Shown here piece by piece: positions 31,035-39,873 of a stretch of 64,000 bases of DNA. The stretch comes from Gammaproteobacteria bacterium (GTDB lineage Bacteria > Pseudomonadota > Gammaproteobacteria > Natronospirales > REEB76). The DNA is taken from contig DASYCJ010000021.1 of the NCBI GenBank assembly GCA_036500225.1, positions 7,635-71,634 of the forward strand, given 5' to 3'. The notes below the pieces were generated by a model. It had not been told where the DNA came from. It saw only the letters and a program-made list of their open reading frames with translations, and searched no databases. The first letter of the stretch is position 1. Every line of letters starts with the position of its first letter. The position numbers and the translations under genes were made by a program.

Positions 31035-32444
31035 TTAGAACCTGTAACGGTACGACACGCCCAGGATGTCTGCGTCGGCCTTGAAGGTGCCGACGATGTG
31101 GTCATGGCCCGCAGAGTTGGTCTGGTTGAAGGCCAGGCTCGAACCCAGGAACAGGTGGGCATAACCGATGTCCCACTGGGAATGCTCGCTCACGTGCCAG
31201 GTGGCGCCGAGGGCGATCCAGGTGCGGTCACCGTCCGGCAGGCGCGCGGTACGACTGGCACTCTTGTCGTTGGTGCAGCTCGAGTTGAAGGCCGTGGTGT
31301 TGCAGGGGGCTGAGGGGTCCGGCACCGGCGAGTTGTCGAGTGCCAGGCCGCCGCGGAATGTCCAGGAGTCATTGAAGCGGAAGTCGGCGCCGATGCTGTA
31401 GCGGTTGGAGTTGCTCAGGCCTTCATCGACCACCGCATCCTGGGTGCCTTTGTTGGCGAAGGCGATGTCGAGCTTGTCGAAGCTGCTCCAGCCGGTGTAG
31501 GACCAGTCAGCGAACAGGGTCCACTGCGGGTCCAACTGGAAGGCGTAGCTCAAGGACCACATCTGGGGGGTCTCGAACTTGGACGTGACGCCCTGGGCCT
31601 GGAACTGAGCCGCACTCGCGGGGTTGGCCGCGAACTGGGCGGGCACGTTGGTGAAACTCGCGCCGCCGGACAGGTCATGGTTCACGCTGGAACGGTAGGC
31701 GAAGCCGATGCGGTTCTCGGAGTTGATCTTCCACAACACGCCGGCGTTCCAGCCAGTGCCGGTGCCGCTGGCCTGGGTGGAGAAGGCGCCGTCATGACCC
31801 TGGGGGGTGAGGCCGATGGAAGTGCAGGTGGCCGGGGCGAGCTGGCTGAAGCAGACCGAGCCGAAGTCCACGTCGTTGGTGAGCTTCACGTCCATGTGCT
31901 GGTAGTCGATGCCAAAGCCCAGCGAAACGCTATCGTTGATCTTCCAGGCGATGGTCGGGTTGTAGTTCACCACTAGCACGCTGGTGTAGATCGCCTGATA
32001 ACGGAAGATGGAGTCGTCGTCATACTTCGTGGACAGGCCGAACGGCGTGGTGACGCCGAAGCCGAAGGTCAGCTGGTCGTTGATCGGCTGCGAGTAATAG
32101 ATGAACGCCGGACCGCCGAGCTTGCCGACCTTGCCGCCGTTACCGCCGGAGAGCGGTTGGCCGGTGGCGTCGGTAGCCGAGGTCTTGCTGAAAGCCGCGT
32201 TGAAGTGGATCAGGCTGTAACCGCCCAGGATCTCCGCGCTGGAGAGGTTGGAGAGTCCCGCCGGGTTGTACCAGATGCTGGAGGAATCTTCCGCAGCCGC
32301 GGCGCCGCCGGAATGGGCGCGACCCAGGCTGGTGACACTGAGCTCGGTGAGCTGGAAGTTGGCGGCAGAGGCGGCAACCGGCAAGGCGGCCAGCACGGCT
32401 GCAGCCAGCGGCACGGCCCAATGGGCGGTGTACTTCTTGTTCAT
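31035..32444 (-). CDS. outer-membrane transport protein, OmpP1/FadL/TodX family
   Basis: Signal peptide ending VAASA. N-terminal LGRAHSGGAAAAEDSSSIWYNPAGL and C-terminal YRYRF. Start trimmed to the internal ATG at 32444. Confidence 0.85.
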   Translation of the reverse strand: MNKKYTAHWAVPLAAAVLAALPVAASAANFQLTELSVTSLGRAHSGGAAAAEDSSSIWYNPAGLSNLSSAEILGGYSLIHFNAAFSKTSATDATGQPLSGGNGGKVGKLGGPAFIYYSQPINDQLTFGFGVTTPFGLSTKYDDDSIFRYQAIYTSVLVVNYNPTIAWKINDSVSLGFGIDYQHMDVKLTNDVDFGSVCFSQLAPATCTSIGLTPQGHDGAFSTQASGTGTGWNAGVLWKINSENRIGFAYRSSVNHDLSGGASFTNVPAQFAANPASAAQFQAQGVTSKFETPQMWSLSYAFQLDPQWTLFADWSYTGWSSFDKLDIAFANKGTQDAVVDEGLSNSNRYSIGADFRFNDSWTFRGGLALDNSPVPDPSAPCNTTAFNSSCTNDKSASRTARLPDGDRTWIALGATWHVSEHSQWDIGYAHLFLGSSLAFNQTNSAGHDHIVGTFKADADILGVSYRYRF

Positions 32445-32479
32445 CGGCTTCCCCAGAATGACGGATATGTGACCACCAG

Positions 32480-32508
32480 ATTTAAGCATAGGCGGCCATA
32501 AATTGTAA
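32480..32508 (-). promoter_or_regulatory. candidate sigma70 promoter for the FadL-family gene
   Basis: On the minus strand, TTACAA, a 17-nt spacer, then TTAAAT, about 35 nt upstream of the ATG. Confidence 0.4.
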
Positions 32509-32534
32509 GCATCGGACAGCTTCCCGCCGCGGTT

Positions 32535-33953
32535 TTAGAGGCTCTCGGAGGCGAAATCCGCAAGCCGCGAGCGTTCGCCTCGGAGCAGCGTCAGGTGCCC
32601 GGAATGCGGCCAGCGTTTGAAACGGTCCACCACGAATGTGAGGCCCGAGGTGGTCTCCGTCAGGTACGGGGTGTCTATCTGGGAGATGTTTCCTATGCAG
32701 ACCATCTTGGTGCCGGGTCCGGCGCGTGTGATCAACGCCTTCAGCTGTTTGGGCGTGAGGTTCTGGGCCTCGTCCACGATGATGTAACGGTTGAGGAAGG
32801 TGCGGCCGCGCATGAAGTTCATGGAGCGGATCTTGATGCGGTTGCGCAGGAGGTCGCCGGTGGCGGCTCGGCCCCATTCGCCGCCCTCGCTGGATTGGGT
32901 GAGTACTTCCAGATTGTCCATGAGCGCGCCCATCCAGGGCGTCATCTTCTCTTCCTCGGTACCCGGCAGGAAACCGATGTCCTCGCCCAGGGGCACCGTG
33001 ACGCGGGTCATGATGATCTCGCGGTAGCGATTCTGTTCCAGGGTCTGGGCCAGGCCCCCCGCCAGCGCCAGCAGCGTCTTGCCGGTGCCGGCTGAACCCA
33101 GCAGCGAGACGAAATCCACGCTCGGGTCTAGCAGCATGTTGAGGGCGAAGTTCTGTTCGCGGTTGCGGGCGTTGATGCCCCACACCGTGTGGCGGATGCC
33201 GCGGTAATCGCGGGTCAGTTCCAGCAGCGCGCCGCGGTCGTCGATGCCGCGCACCATGGCCTCAAAGTTGTCGGTCTCACTGTATACGCATTGGTTGTGA
33301 TGCCAGTCCTTCACCAGCGGGCCCTTGATGCGGTACCAGGTGCGGCCTTCCTGCTGCCAAGATTCCATATCCTTGCTGTGCTTGTCCCAGAAGTCCTTAG
33401 GCAGTTCCTGCAAGCCCGTGAACAAGAGGTCCAGGTCGTCCAGGGCCTTGTCGTTGAAGTAATCCTCGGCGTGGATGCCGAGCACCGAGGCCTTGATGCG
33501 CAGGTTGATGTCTTTGGACACCAACGTCACACGGGTGTCCTTGTGCTTCTGCTGCAAGGCCTGAGTGGTGGCGAGGATGTAGTTGTCGGGCTTATTGCCA
33601 GGCAGGGTCTCGGGCAGAGCGCCGGCCAGGGCCTCGGTCTGGAAGAACAGGCGTCCGCCGGTGACGGCGGCGCCGGTGGCATTCTGCAGGCTCTGGATCA
33701 CCAGGCCTTCGTCGATCTGATCCTTGCTGACATCGCGCATCATGTCGTCGAGGAAGCGGCTCACCTGGCGCACGTTGCGCGAGGCTTCCGACATGCCTTT
33801 CTTGCCGGCGTCCAGCTCTTCTAGCACCACCATGGGCAGGAAGATGTCGTGTTCCTGGAAGCGGAAGATGGCGGTGGGGTCGTGCATCAACACGTTGGTG
33901 TCAAGCACGTAGAGGCGGCGCTGTTGTTTGTTCGGGCTCTTGGTCTTGCTCAC
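32535..33953 (-). CDS. PIN-domain / PhoH-like ATPase fusion (PhoH2 type)
   Basis: PIN start YVLDTNVLMHDP, P-loop GSAGTGKT and IIVDEAQNLTP. The GTG start overlaps the bcp stop (GTGA). Confidence 0.88.
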   Translation of the reverse strand: MSKTKSPNKQQRRLYVLDTNVLMHDPTAIFRFQEHDIFLPMVVLEELDAGKKGMSEASRNVRQVSRFLDDMMRDVSKDQIDEGLVIQSLQNATGAAVTGGRLFFQTEALAGALPETLPGNKPDNYILATTQALQQKHKDTRVTLVSKDINLRIKASVLGIHAEDYFNDKALDDLDLLFTGLQELPKDFWDKHSKDMESWQQEGRTWYRIKGPLVKDWHHNQCVYSETDNFEAMVRGIDDRGALLELTRDYRGIRHTVWGINARNREQNFALNMLLDPSVDFVSLLGSAGTGKTLLALAGGLAQTLEQNRYREIIMTRVTVPLGEDIGFLPGTEEEKMTPWMGALMDNLEVLTQSSEGGEWGRAATGDLLRNRIKIRSMNFMRGRTFLNRYIIVDEAQNLTPKQLKALITRAGPGTKMVCIGNISQIDTPYLTETTSGLTFVVDRFKRWPHSGHLTLLRGERSRLADFASESL

Positions 33954-34513
33954 TTCTTCTTGCCCCGTTTGGCAGTCTTTTTCGCGGTCTTCTTCTTAGG
34001 TGCCTTCCTCCTGGACTTGGCTTTGGGCGTCTTGGCGGGAGCCGGATCCTCGGCGCTCACGGCAGCCAACACCTCGGCGGCGTGGCCTTCCACCTTCAGC
34101 TTGCGCCACTCGCGGCGCAGCAGGCCATCCTTGCCGATGAGGAAGGTGCTGCGTTCGATCCCGCGTACCTTCTTGCCGTACATGTTCTTCATCTTGATGA
34201 CGTCGAACAAGGCGCAGAGCTTCTCGTCCTCGTCGGAGAGCAGGTCGAAGTTGAAGCTGTACTTGTCGCAGAACTTCTCGTGGGACTTCAGGCTGTCGCG
34301 GGACACACCCAGGATCACCGCGCCCTTGCGCCGGAAGTCCGCGTTCATGTCGCGGAAGTCCTGGCCTTCGACGGTACAGCCCGGGGTGTCGTCCTTGGGG
34401 TAGAAGTACAGGACCACGTCATGGCCCTTGAGGGAGGACAAGCTGATCTGTTTACCGCCGGTGGCGGGCAGCTTGAAGTCGGGTACTTTCTTGCCGAGGG
34501 CGATCTTGCTCAT
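33950..34513 (-). CDS. bcp: thiol peroxidase Bcp (peroxiredoxin) with a lysine-rich C-terminal tail
   Basis: Peroxidatic-Cys motif FYPKDDTPGCT. A core of about 155 aa is followed by AEDPAPAKTPKAKSRRKAPKKKTAKKTAKRGKKK. Confidence 0.9.
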   Translation of the reverse strand: MSKIALGKKVPDFKLPATGGKQISLSSLKGHDVVLYFYPKDDTPGCTVEGQDFRDMNADFRRKGAVILGVSRDSLKSHEKFCDKYSFNFDLLSDEDEKLCALFDVIKMKNMYGKKVRGIERSTFLIGKDGLLRREWRKLKVEGHAAEVLAAVSAEDPAPAKTPKAKSRRKAPKKKTAKKTAKRGKKK

Positions 34514-34528
34514 GTGGCTCCTGGTGGT

Positions 34529-35059
34529 TCAGCCCTTGATGGGCTCCATGATGGCGTCTAGGTTCAGGTTGTCGCAGAACTCCATGAACTCCTCGCGCAA
34601 CCGGCCCACGTGGGTGTCGGCAGGGATGTTCACCGCCAGTTGCACCGCGAACATGGGTGCGCCGGTGTGGGCGGCGGCGTAGCTGCGGGTGCTCAGATCC
34701 GCCACGCCGATGTTGCGGGAGGCGAAGAAGTCCGCGAGGTTGAAGATGATGCCGGGCTGGTCCAGGCACACCACGTCCACGGCGTAAGGCAGCAGGTCCT
34801 CGCGGGGTTCCCGCTCCTTGGTGCGGCGGGCCGCCAGGGTCAGGCCCAGCTTCTTCTCGAGCTTGGGCAGGGTGCCTTCCAGCTTGGTGACGGTGTTCCA
34901 GTTGCCGGAGATGAGCAGCAGCATGGAGAACTCGGTACCCAGCACCGTCATGCGGCTCTCGACCACGTTGCAGCCGGAGTCTTTCACGGCGCGTGCGAGG
35001 TCATGGAGGATGCCGGGCCGGTCTTCCGCCAGCACCGATACCACCAGGAACTGTGTCAT
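34529..35059 (-). CDS. gcvR: glycine cleavage system regulator GcvR (tandem ACT domains)
   Basis: Two ACT units (LVVSVLAEDRPGILHDLARAV and YAVDVVCLDQPGIIFNLADFF). The gcvR-bcp pair is divergent from dapA, as in E. coli. The track ORF of 308 aa was trimmed to ATG 35059. Confidence 0.8.
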   Translation of the reverse strand: MTQFLVVSVLAEDRPGILHDLARAVKDSGCNVVESRMTVLGTEFSMLLLISGNWNTVTKLEGTLPKLEKKLGLTLAARRTKEREPREDLLPYAVDVVCLDQPGIIFNLADFFASRNIGVADLSTRSYAAAHTGAPMFAVQLAVNIPADTHVGRLREEFMEFCDNLNLDAIMEPIKG

Positions 35060-35210
35060 TCGGGCTCGCAGCGGGTTAACCGGACCGGTAGGGGAGGGAT
35101 GGCAGCAGTGTAACGGGTTTCCGGAAGGCCGCAAGCCGAATACCCGCAGTCCCACGCTGGCGGCGGCGGCGGGCGGCCGGTAAAATGGCGTTTTTCCCCG
35201 AGGTCTCCCG

Positions 35211-36089
35211 ATGTTCCAGGGCAGCATGGTGGCGCTGGTCACGCCCATGTCCGACGACGGCCGGCTGGATCTGGCCGCGCTCGATGCTTTGGTGGAGTGG
35301 CACGTGGCGCAGGGTACCGATGCCATCGTCGCCATTGGTACGACCGGCGAGGCCTCGACGCTGGAAGGCGACGAGCAGTTCGAAGTGGTAGCGCGTTGCG
35401 TGCGTGCCGCTGCGGGTCGGATACCGGTCATCGCCGGCGCTACCTCCAATGCCACCGCCCACGCCGTGCAGCTCTCCCGCCGTGCTGAGGCCGTCGGCGC
35501 CGATGCGGTCTTGAGCGCCGCTCCTTATTACAACAAGCCAGGCCAGGAGGGCCTGTACCGGCATTTCTGTGCCGTAGCCGAGTCGGTATCGGTGCCGGTA
35601 CTCCTCTATAACGTGCCGAGCCGTACCATCACCGACATATTGCCGGAGACGGTGGAACGCCTGGCCCAGTTGCCCAATGTGAAGGGCATCAAGGAAGCCA
35701 CCGGCGACCTCAAGCGCGCCCAAGATATCCGCAAGCGCTGCGGCAAGGACTTCCTGCTCATCAGCGGCGACGACGCCACCGCCAGGGAGTTCATGCTGCA
35801 GGGTGGGTGTGGGGTGATCTCGGTCACCGCCAACGTTGCGCCTAAACTCATGCACGCGCTCACGGTGGCTGCCCGTGCCGGCGATGCAGCCAAGGCCGCC
35901 GCCATCGACGCGGAGCTGGCGCCCTTGCATAAGGCCCTGTTCGTGGAGAGCAACCCCATCCCGGTGAAATGGGCCCTGAGCGTCATGGGCCGTATCCCGG
36001 CCGGCATCCGTCTGCCGCTCACGCCTCTCGCCGGTGAGCACCAGGCAGCGGTGCGTTCGGCCCTGAAAGCCGGGCGCGCCCTGGTTTAA
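35211..36089 (+). CDS. dapA: 4-hydroxy-tetrahydrodipicolinate synthase
   Basis: FQGSMVALVTPM, GTTGE, YNVPSRT and KGIKEA (Schiff-base Lys). Confidence 0.95.
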   Translation: MFQGSMVALVTPMSDDGRLDLAALDALVEWHVAQGTDAIVAIGTTGEASTLEGDEQFEVVARCVRAAAGRIPVIAGATSNATAHAVQLSRRAEAVGADAVLSAAPYYNKPGQEGLYRHFCAVAESVSVPVLLYNVPSRTITDILPETVERLAQLPNVKGIKEATGDLKRAQDIRKRCGKDFLLISGDDATAREFMLQGGCGVISVTANVAPKLMHALTVAARAGDAAKAAAIDAELAPLHKALFVESNPIPVKWALSVMGRIPAGIRLPLTPLAGEHQAAVRSALKAGRALV

Positions 36090-36101
36090 CCATCCTCATT
36101 C

Positions 36102-36542
36102 ATGTCCTCAAGGTATCCGATGACAAACCGTCTCTTGATCTTCCTGGTGTTGCCGGCTGCGGCTGTGGCGCTCGCCTCCTGTAGTTCCGCGCCCACCTGC
36201 GGCAACTCCCATCAATACCTCACCGGCTACGCCACCCATGCGCCCCTCAAGGCGCCTGCCGGCGTGACCCTCCCGACAGCGGATCCTGCCTATAAGATCC
36301 CGGTCGCGGGTACCGCTCCCGCTCCTGTAGCGGCTCCGGCAGCGGGTATCTCGGCTGCGCCTTGCCTGGTGACCCCGCCCACGGTCCTGACCCCGGAAGA
36401 CATGAATAAGGTCGTGAAACCGGCGCCTGTCGCCAAACCTGCCGTCGCCGCCCCGGCTGCCGACACCAAGGCGGCCGCCAAGCCGGTGCCGTCGGCTGCC
36501 AGTAACCCGCCTCCTGTTGCGGGCGGCGGTGCCATGGAGTAA
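36102..36542 (+). CDS. short lipoprotein in the bamC position, resembling the BamC N-terminal segment
   Basis: Lipobox LASC. YLTGYATHAPLKAPAGVTLPTADPAYKIPV resembles, from memory, E. coli BamC [29 protein letters not shown]. The rest is a Pro/Ala-rich tail. It lies directly after dapA. An alternative start is ATG 36120. Confidence 0.55.
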   Translation: MSSRYPMTNRLLIFLVLPAAAVALASCSSAPTCGNSHQYLTGYATHAPLKAPAGVTLPTADPAYKIPVAGTAPAPVAAPAAGISAAPCLVTPPTVLTPEDMNKVVKPAPVAKPAVAAPAADTKAAAKPVPSAASNPPPVAGGGAME

Positions 36543-36591
36543 CCTTCCGCGCCTTTTGCGCCGAAGACTTTAGAATAGAAGCCAAGTTTAT

Positions 36592-36683
36592 GGAGAGGTG
36601 TCCGAGCGGTCGAAGGAGCACGCCTGGAAAGCGTGTATACGGTTAACACCGTATCGCGGGTTCGAATCCCGCTCTCTCCGCCA
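36592..36683 (+). tRNA. tRNA-Ser (anticodon GGA)
   Basis: Class II tRNA folded by hand: acceptor ggagagg/tctctcc, anticodon stem cacgc/gcgtg with loop ctggaaa, a long variable arm, T-arm gcggg-ttcgaat-cccgc, and an encoded CCA. Confidence 0.92.
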
Positions 36684-36690
36684 ATTGCAG

Positions 36691-36727
36691 AAAAAGATAA
36701 GGGGCCTAAGAGGCCCTTTATCTTTTT
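36691..36727 (+). terminator. strong rho-independent terminator after tRNA-Ser
   Basis: aaaaagataaggggcc-taaga-ggccctttatcttttt forms a 16-bp stem with one G-U pair and ends in a T-run. Confidence 0.8.
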
Positions 36728-36748
36728 CTACAACTTGAAGAGAAATAC

Positions 36749-36768
36749 GTGGGATCCGAACCCGCGAT
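36749..36768 (-). repeat. inverted partial copy of the tRNA-Ser T-arm region
   Basis: The reverse complement, atcgcgggttcggatcccac, matches tRNA-Ser 36653-36672 (atcgcgggttcgaatcccgc) at 18 of 20 positions. It cannot fold as a T-arm. Confidence 0.4.
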
Positions 36769-36870
36769 GTATAAATAGGCCGGTTCGACAAAATCGCTGG
36801 GAGCGATTGAACAGCGCCGCTCCCGGCGGCGCTCGACCCGAAGGGGCGCCGGGCAGGGATAGCCCGGCCT

Positions 36871-36889
36871 AATCCCGCTCTCTCTCGCC
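36871..36889 (+). repeat. direct repeat of the tRNA-Ser 3' end (att-like scar)
   Basis: aatcccgctctctctcgcc versus tRNA 36665-36682 aatcccgctctctccgcc: 14 nt are exact, then a 1-nt insertion. Confidence 0.5.
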
Positions 36890-36949
36890 TCTGAAATCCA
36901 CTTGAATGACGCTCCCTGACCCCCCATCATTAGCAAAAGCAAGTTCCAT

Positions 36950-37060
<111 letters not shown>

Positions 37061-37244
37061 ACCTAATCGGTTACGTTTGAAAACTCCCTCCCTGGAATTT
37101 TCAAACTCGGCTGGTCCGGCCCAGCCGTACCAGCCTCCGCTCCGCGCGCGGCACCTCCTTAGGTGCCGCGGCCTGCCTCTGGGTATGGAGCGTCTGTTAA
37201 AGTAGCTCTAACGAGCGATCCAACCCCGAACACCCCGAGACGGC

Positions 37245-38825
37245 ATGTCGTATCAGGTCCTGGCGAGAAAATGGCGCCCGCGTAACTTCGCGGAGATGGT
37301 GGGCCAGGAGCACGTGTTGCGGGCCCTGATCAACGCCCTCGACCATGACCGGCTGCACCACGCTTTCCTGTTCACCGGCACCCGTGGCGTCGGCAAGACC
37401 ACCATCGCCCGCATCCTGGCCAAGTCCCTGAACTGCGAGACTGGCATGACCTCACGGCCCTGCGGCCAGTGCAGTGCCTGCCAGGAGATCGACGCCGGCC
37501 GTTTCGTGGACTTGATCGAAGTGGATGCCGCTTCCCGCACCGGTGTGGATGACACCCGCGAGTTGCTGGACAACGTGCAGTACGCACCCAGCCGCGGCCG
37601 CTACAAGGTCTACCTCATCGACGAAGTGCACATGCTCTCCAAGAGCGCCTTCAACGCGCTGCTGAAGACCCTGGAAGAGCCGCCGCCTCACGTGAAGTTC
37701 CTGCTGGCCACCACCGACCCGCAGAAGATCCCGGTGACGGTGCTGTCCCGCTGCCTGCAGTTCAACCTGAAGCGTCTGCCTGAGAACCTGATCTCGGGCC
37801 GCATCAACCACATCCTCGACGCCGAGGGCATCAAGTACGAGCCCGCGGCGGTGTCCCTGTTGGCGCATGCGGCCGACGGCAGCCTGCGCGACGGCCTGAG
37901 CCTCCTGGACCAGTCCATCGCCTTCGGCGGCGGCGAGGTGAAGGATGCGGACGTGCGCAGCATGCTCGGCACTATCGAACGCACCCACGTGCGTGCCCTG
38001 CTGGAAGCACTGGCCGCGCGCAACGGTGCCGCAGTGCTGGCGGCGGTGGCGCAGTTGGACGAGCGGGCGCCGGACTATCAACTGGTGTTGGATGACCTGG
38101 CTTCCGCGCTGCAGCGCATCGCCATCGGCCAGGCCGTGCCAGCAGCTGCTGCCGAGTTCGATGAAGCTGAGATCCTCATGGCTCTCGCCAAACGTCTCGA
38201 CCCGGCGGACGTGCAGCTCTATTACCAGATCGCCCTCATGGGCAAGCGCGACTTGGGACTGGCACCTTCGCCGCGGGCCGGTTTCGAGATGACCCTGCTG
38301 CGCATGCTGGCCTTCCAGCCCATGGACGGTACACCGGCCATGACCACTAGCGCTGGGCCGGTAGTCATGTCGCAAGCGGCTGCGGCACCTGCTGCCCAGA
38401 CTGCATCGGCACCGGCCGCGGTGGCGCAAGCAGCGGTGAAGTGGAGTGAGCCGGACTGGAACGCACTCATCGAGAGCCTTGGATTGCGGGGCGCAGCCCA
38501 GCAGCTGGCGGCGAATTGTGTGTACCGGCGTCGCGACGGTGGAACCTTGTTCCTGGAGATCGACTCTACTCATCAGCAGATGGTGACCAGTCAGTTGCAG
38601 GGGCGTCTGGAAGAGGCCTTGTCCCGCCACTACGGCGAGCCCCTCAAGGTGCGTATCGAGGTGGGCGAGGGCACTCTCGTGACCCCCGCTAAGCTCGGCG
38701 AGCAGCGGGAAGCGGATAAGCTGGCGGCTGCCCGTAGCGCCGTGGCCGCGGATCCCTCCATGCGTGAGCTGGCCGATGCCTTCGGTACCCAGGTCAACCC
38801 GGAATTGATCAAACCTGTGGACTGA
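37245..38825 (+). CDS. dnaX: DNA polymerase III subunit gamma/tau
   Basis: Walker [10 protein letters not shown], Zn module [16 protein letters not shown] and LDQSIAFG. Confidence 0.95.
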   Translation: MSYQVLARKWRPRNFAEMVGQEHVLRALINALDHDRLHHAFLFTGTRGVGKTTIARILAKSLNCETGMTSRPCGQCSACQEIDAGRFVDLIEVDAASRTGVDDTRELLDNVQYAPSRGRYKVYLIDEVHMLSKSAFNALLKTLEEPPPHVKFLLATTDPQKIPVTVLSRCLQFNLKRLPENLISGRINHILDAEGIKYEPAAVSLLAHAADGSLRDGLSLLDQSIAFGGGEVKDADVRSMLGTIERTHVRALLEALAARNGAAVLAAVAQLDERAPDYQLVLDDLASALQRIAIGQAVPAAAAEFDEAEILMALAKRLDPADVQLYYQIALMGKRDLGLAPSPRAGFEMTLLRMLAFQPMDGTPAMTTSAGPVVMSQAAAAPAAQTASAPAAVAQAAVKWSEPDWNALIESLGLRGAAQQLAANCVYRRRDGGTLFLEIDSTHQQMVTSQLQGRLEEALSRHYGEPLKVRIEVGEGTLVTPAKLGEQREADKLAAARSAVAADPSMRELADAFGTQVNPELIKPVD

Positions 38826-38962
38826 TAGGATGTCGAAAAGGCCATCCTTGGCCTTCTCGACCTGCTGCGGCACGGCACGGGTCTGCGCCTCGCGCCCAAG
38901 GCGCCCATCCATGGGCGCGATCGGGTCGCTGGCTTCTACTTATATATATGGAGTGACGGCAT

Positions 38963-39274
38963 ATGCGTGGTGGCTTGGGCAACATGATGAAGCAGGCGCA
39001 GCAGATCCAGGAGAACATGCGCCGTGCCCAGGAGAACCTGGAGAAGCTCGAGGTCGTAGGCTCGGCTGCCGGCGGCAAGGTCACGGTCACCCTGAGCGGC
39101 AAGCACGAGGTGCGCCGGGTGCACATCGATCCGGAACTCTTGAAGGGCGATGCCGAGATGCTGGAAGACCTGATCGCTGTAGCCTGCAACGATGCCAACG
39201 CCAAGGTCGAAGCAGTCGCCAAGGAGAGTTTCTCCGGCCTCGGCCTGCCGCCCGGTCTCAAACTTCCTTTCTGA
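38963..39274 (+). CDS. ybaB: nucleoid-associated protein YbaB/EbfC
   Basis: [12 protein letters not shown] and [16 protein letters not shown], located between dnaX and recR. Confidence 0.93.
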   Translation: MRGGLGNMMKQAQQIQENMRRAQENLEKLEVVGSAAGGKVTVTLSGKHEVRRVHIDPELLKGDAEMLEDLIAVACNDANAKVEAVAKESFSGLGLPPGLKLPF

Positions 39275-39873
39275 TGGCCTACTCGCCCTTACTGCAGAAG
39301 CTGGTGGAGTCCCTGCGTTGCCTGCCGGGCGTGGGGCCCAAGTCCGCCCAGCGCATGGCATTCCAGTTGCTGGAGCGCAATCGCAGCGGCGCGCTGGCCC
39401 TGGCGGAAGCCTTGCAAGCCGCCATGCAGGGCGTGGGTCATTGCGAGCGCTGCCGCATGTTCACCGAGGACAAACTCTGTGACACCTGCGCCAACCCCAA
39501 GCGCGATGCTTCGCTGGTGTGCGCCGTGGAGACTCCTGCGGACGTGAACGCTCTCGAGAGCGCCACCGGCTACCGCGGCCAGTATTTCGTGCTCATGGGG
39601 CATCTCTCGCCCCTGGATGGCATCGGCCCCGAGGAACTGGGGCTAGCGCTCTTGGAGCGGCGCCTGGATGAGGGCGGCGTGCGCGAACTGATCCTCGCCA
39701 CCAACCCCACGGTGGAAGGCGAAGCCACGGCCCACTATCTCGCGGAACTGGCGGCACGCCGCGGTATCCGCGCCACCCGTATCGCTCATGGCGTACCCAT
39801 CGGCGGTGAACTCGAATACATCGACGGCGGCACGCTGTCCCATGCCTTCACCGGCCGACAGGACGTGCGCTGA
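39274..39873 (+). CDS. recR: recombination protein RecR
   Basis: Hh[12 protein letters not shown], Zn finger [16 protein letters not shown] and a Toprim region. The ATG overlaps the ybaB stop. The track ORF of 347 aa is an upstream read-through of the frame. Confidence 0.95.
   Translation: MAYSPLLQKLVESLRCLPGVGPKSAQRMAFQLLERNRSGALALAEALQAAMQGVGHCERCRMFTEDKLCDTCANPKRDASLVCAVETPADVNALESATGYRGQYFVLMGHLSPLDGIGPEELGLALLERRLDEGGVRELILATNPTVEGEATAHYLAELAARRGIRATRIAHGVPIGGELEYIDGGTLSHAFTGRQDVR

Noticed and set aside
34529-35455. 308-aa ORF-track version of gcvR, and similarly 38830-39873 for recR and 45238-46416 for the AlkB-like gene
   Set aside because: The N-terminal extensions are Pro/Ala/Ser/Arg-rich read-through of an open frame, and they overlap the neighbouring promoter or gene. 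The recognisable domains begin at internal starts at 35059, 39274 and 45370.
37245-38825. Programmed -1 frameshift site in dnaX, producing gamma versus tau as in E. coli
   Set aside because: I scanned the gene and found no A AAA AAG-type slippery heptamer or long A-run. I cannot support a frameshift from the sequence.
37452-38912. 486-aa ORF antisense to dnaX
   Set aside because: High-GC antisense artefact. The dnaX frame carries Walker A, the Zn module and other motifs, while the antisense product is low-complexity.
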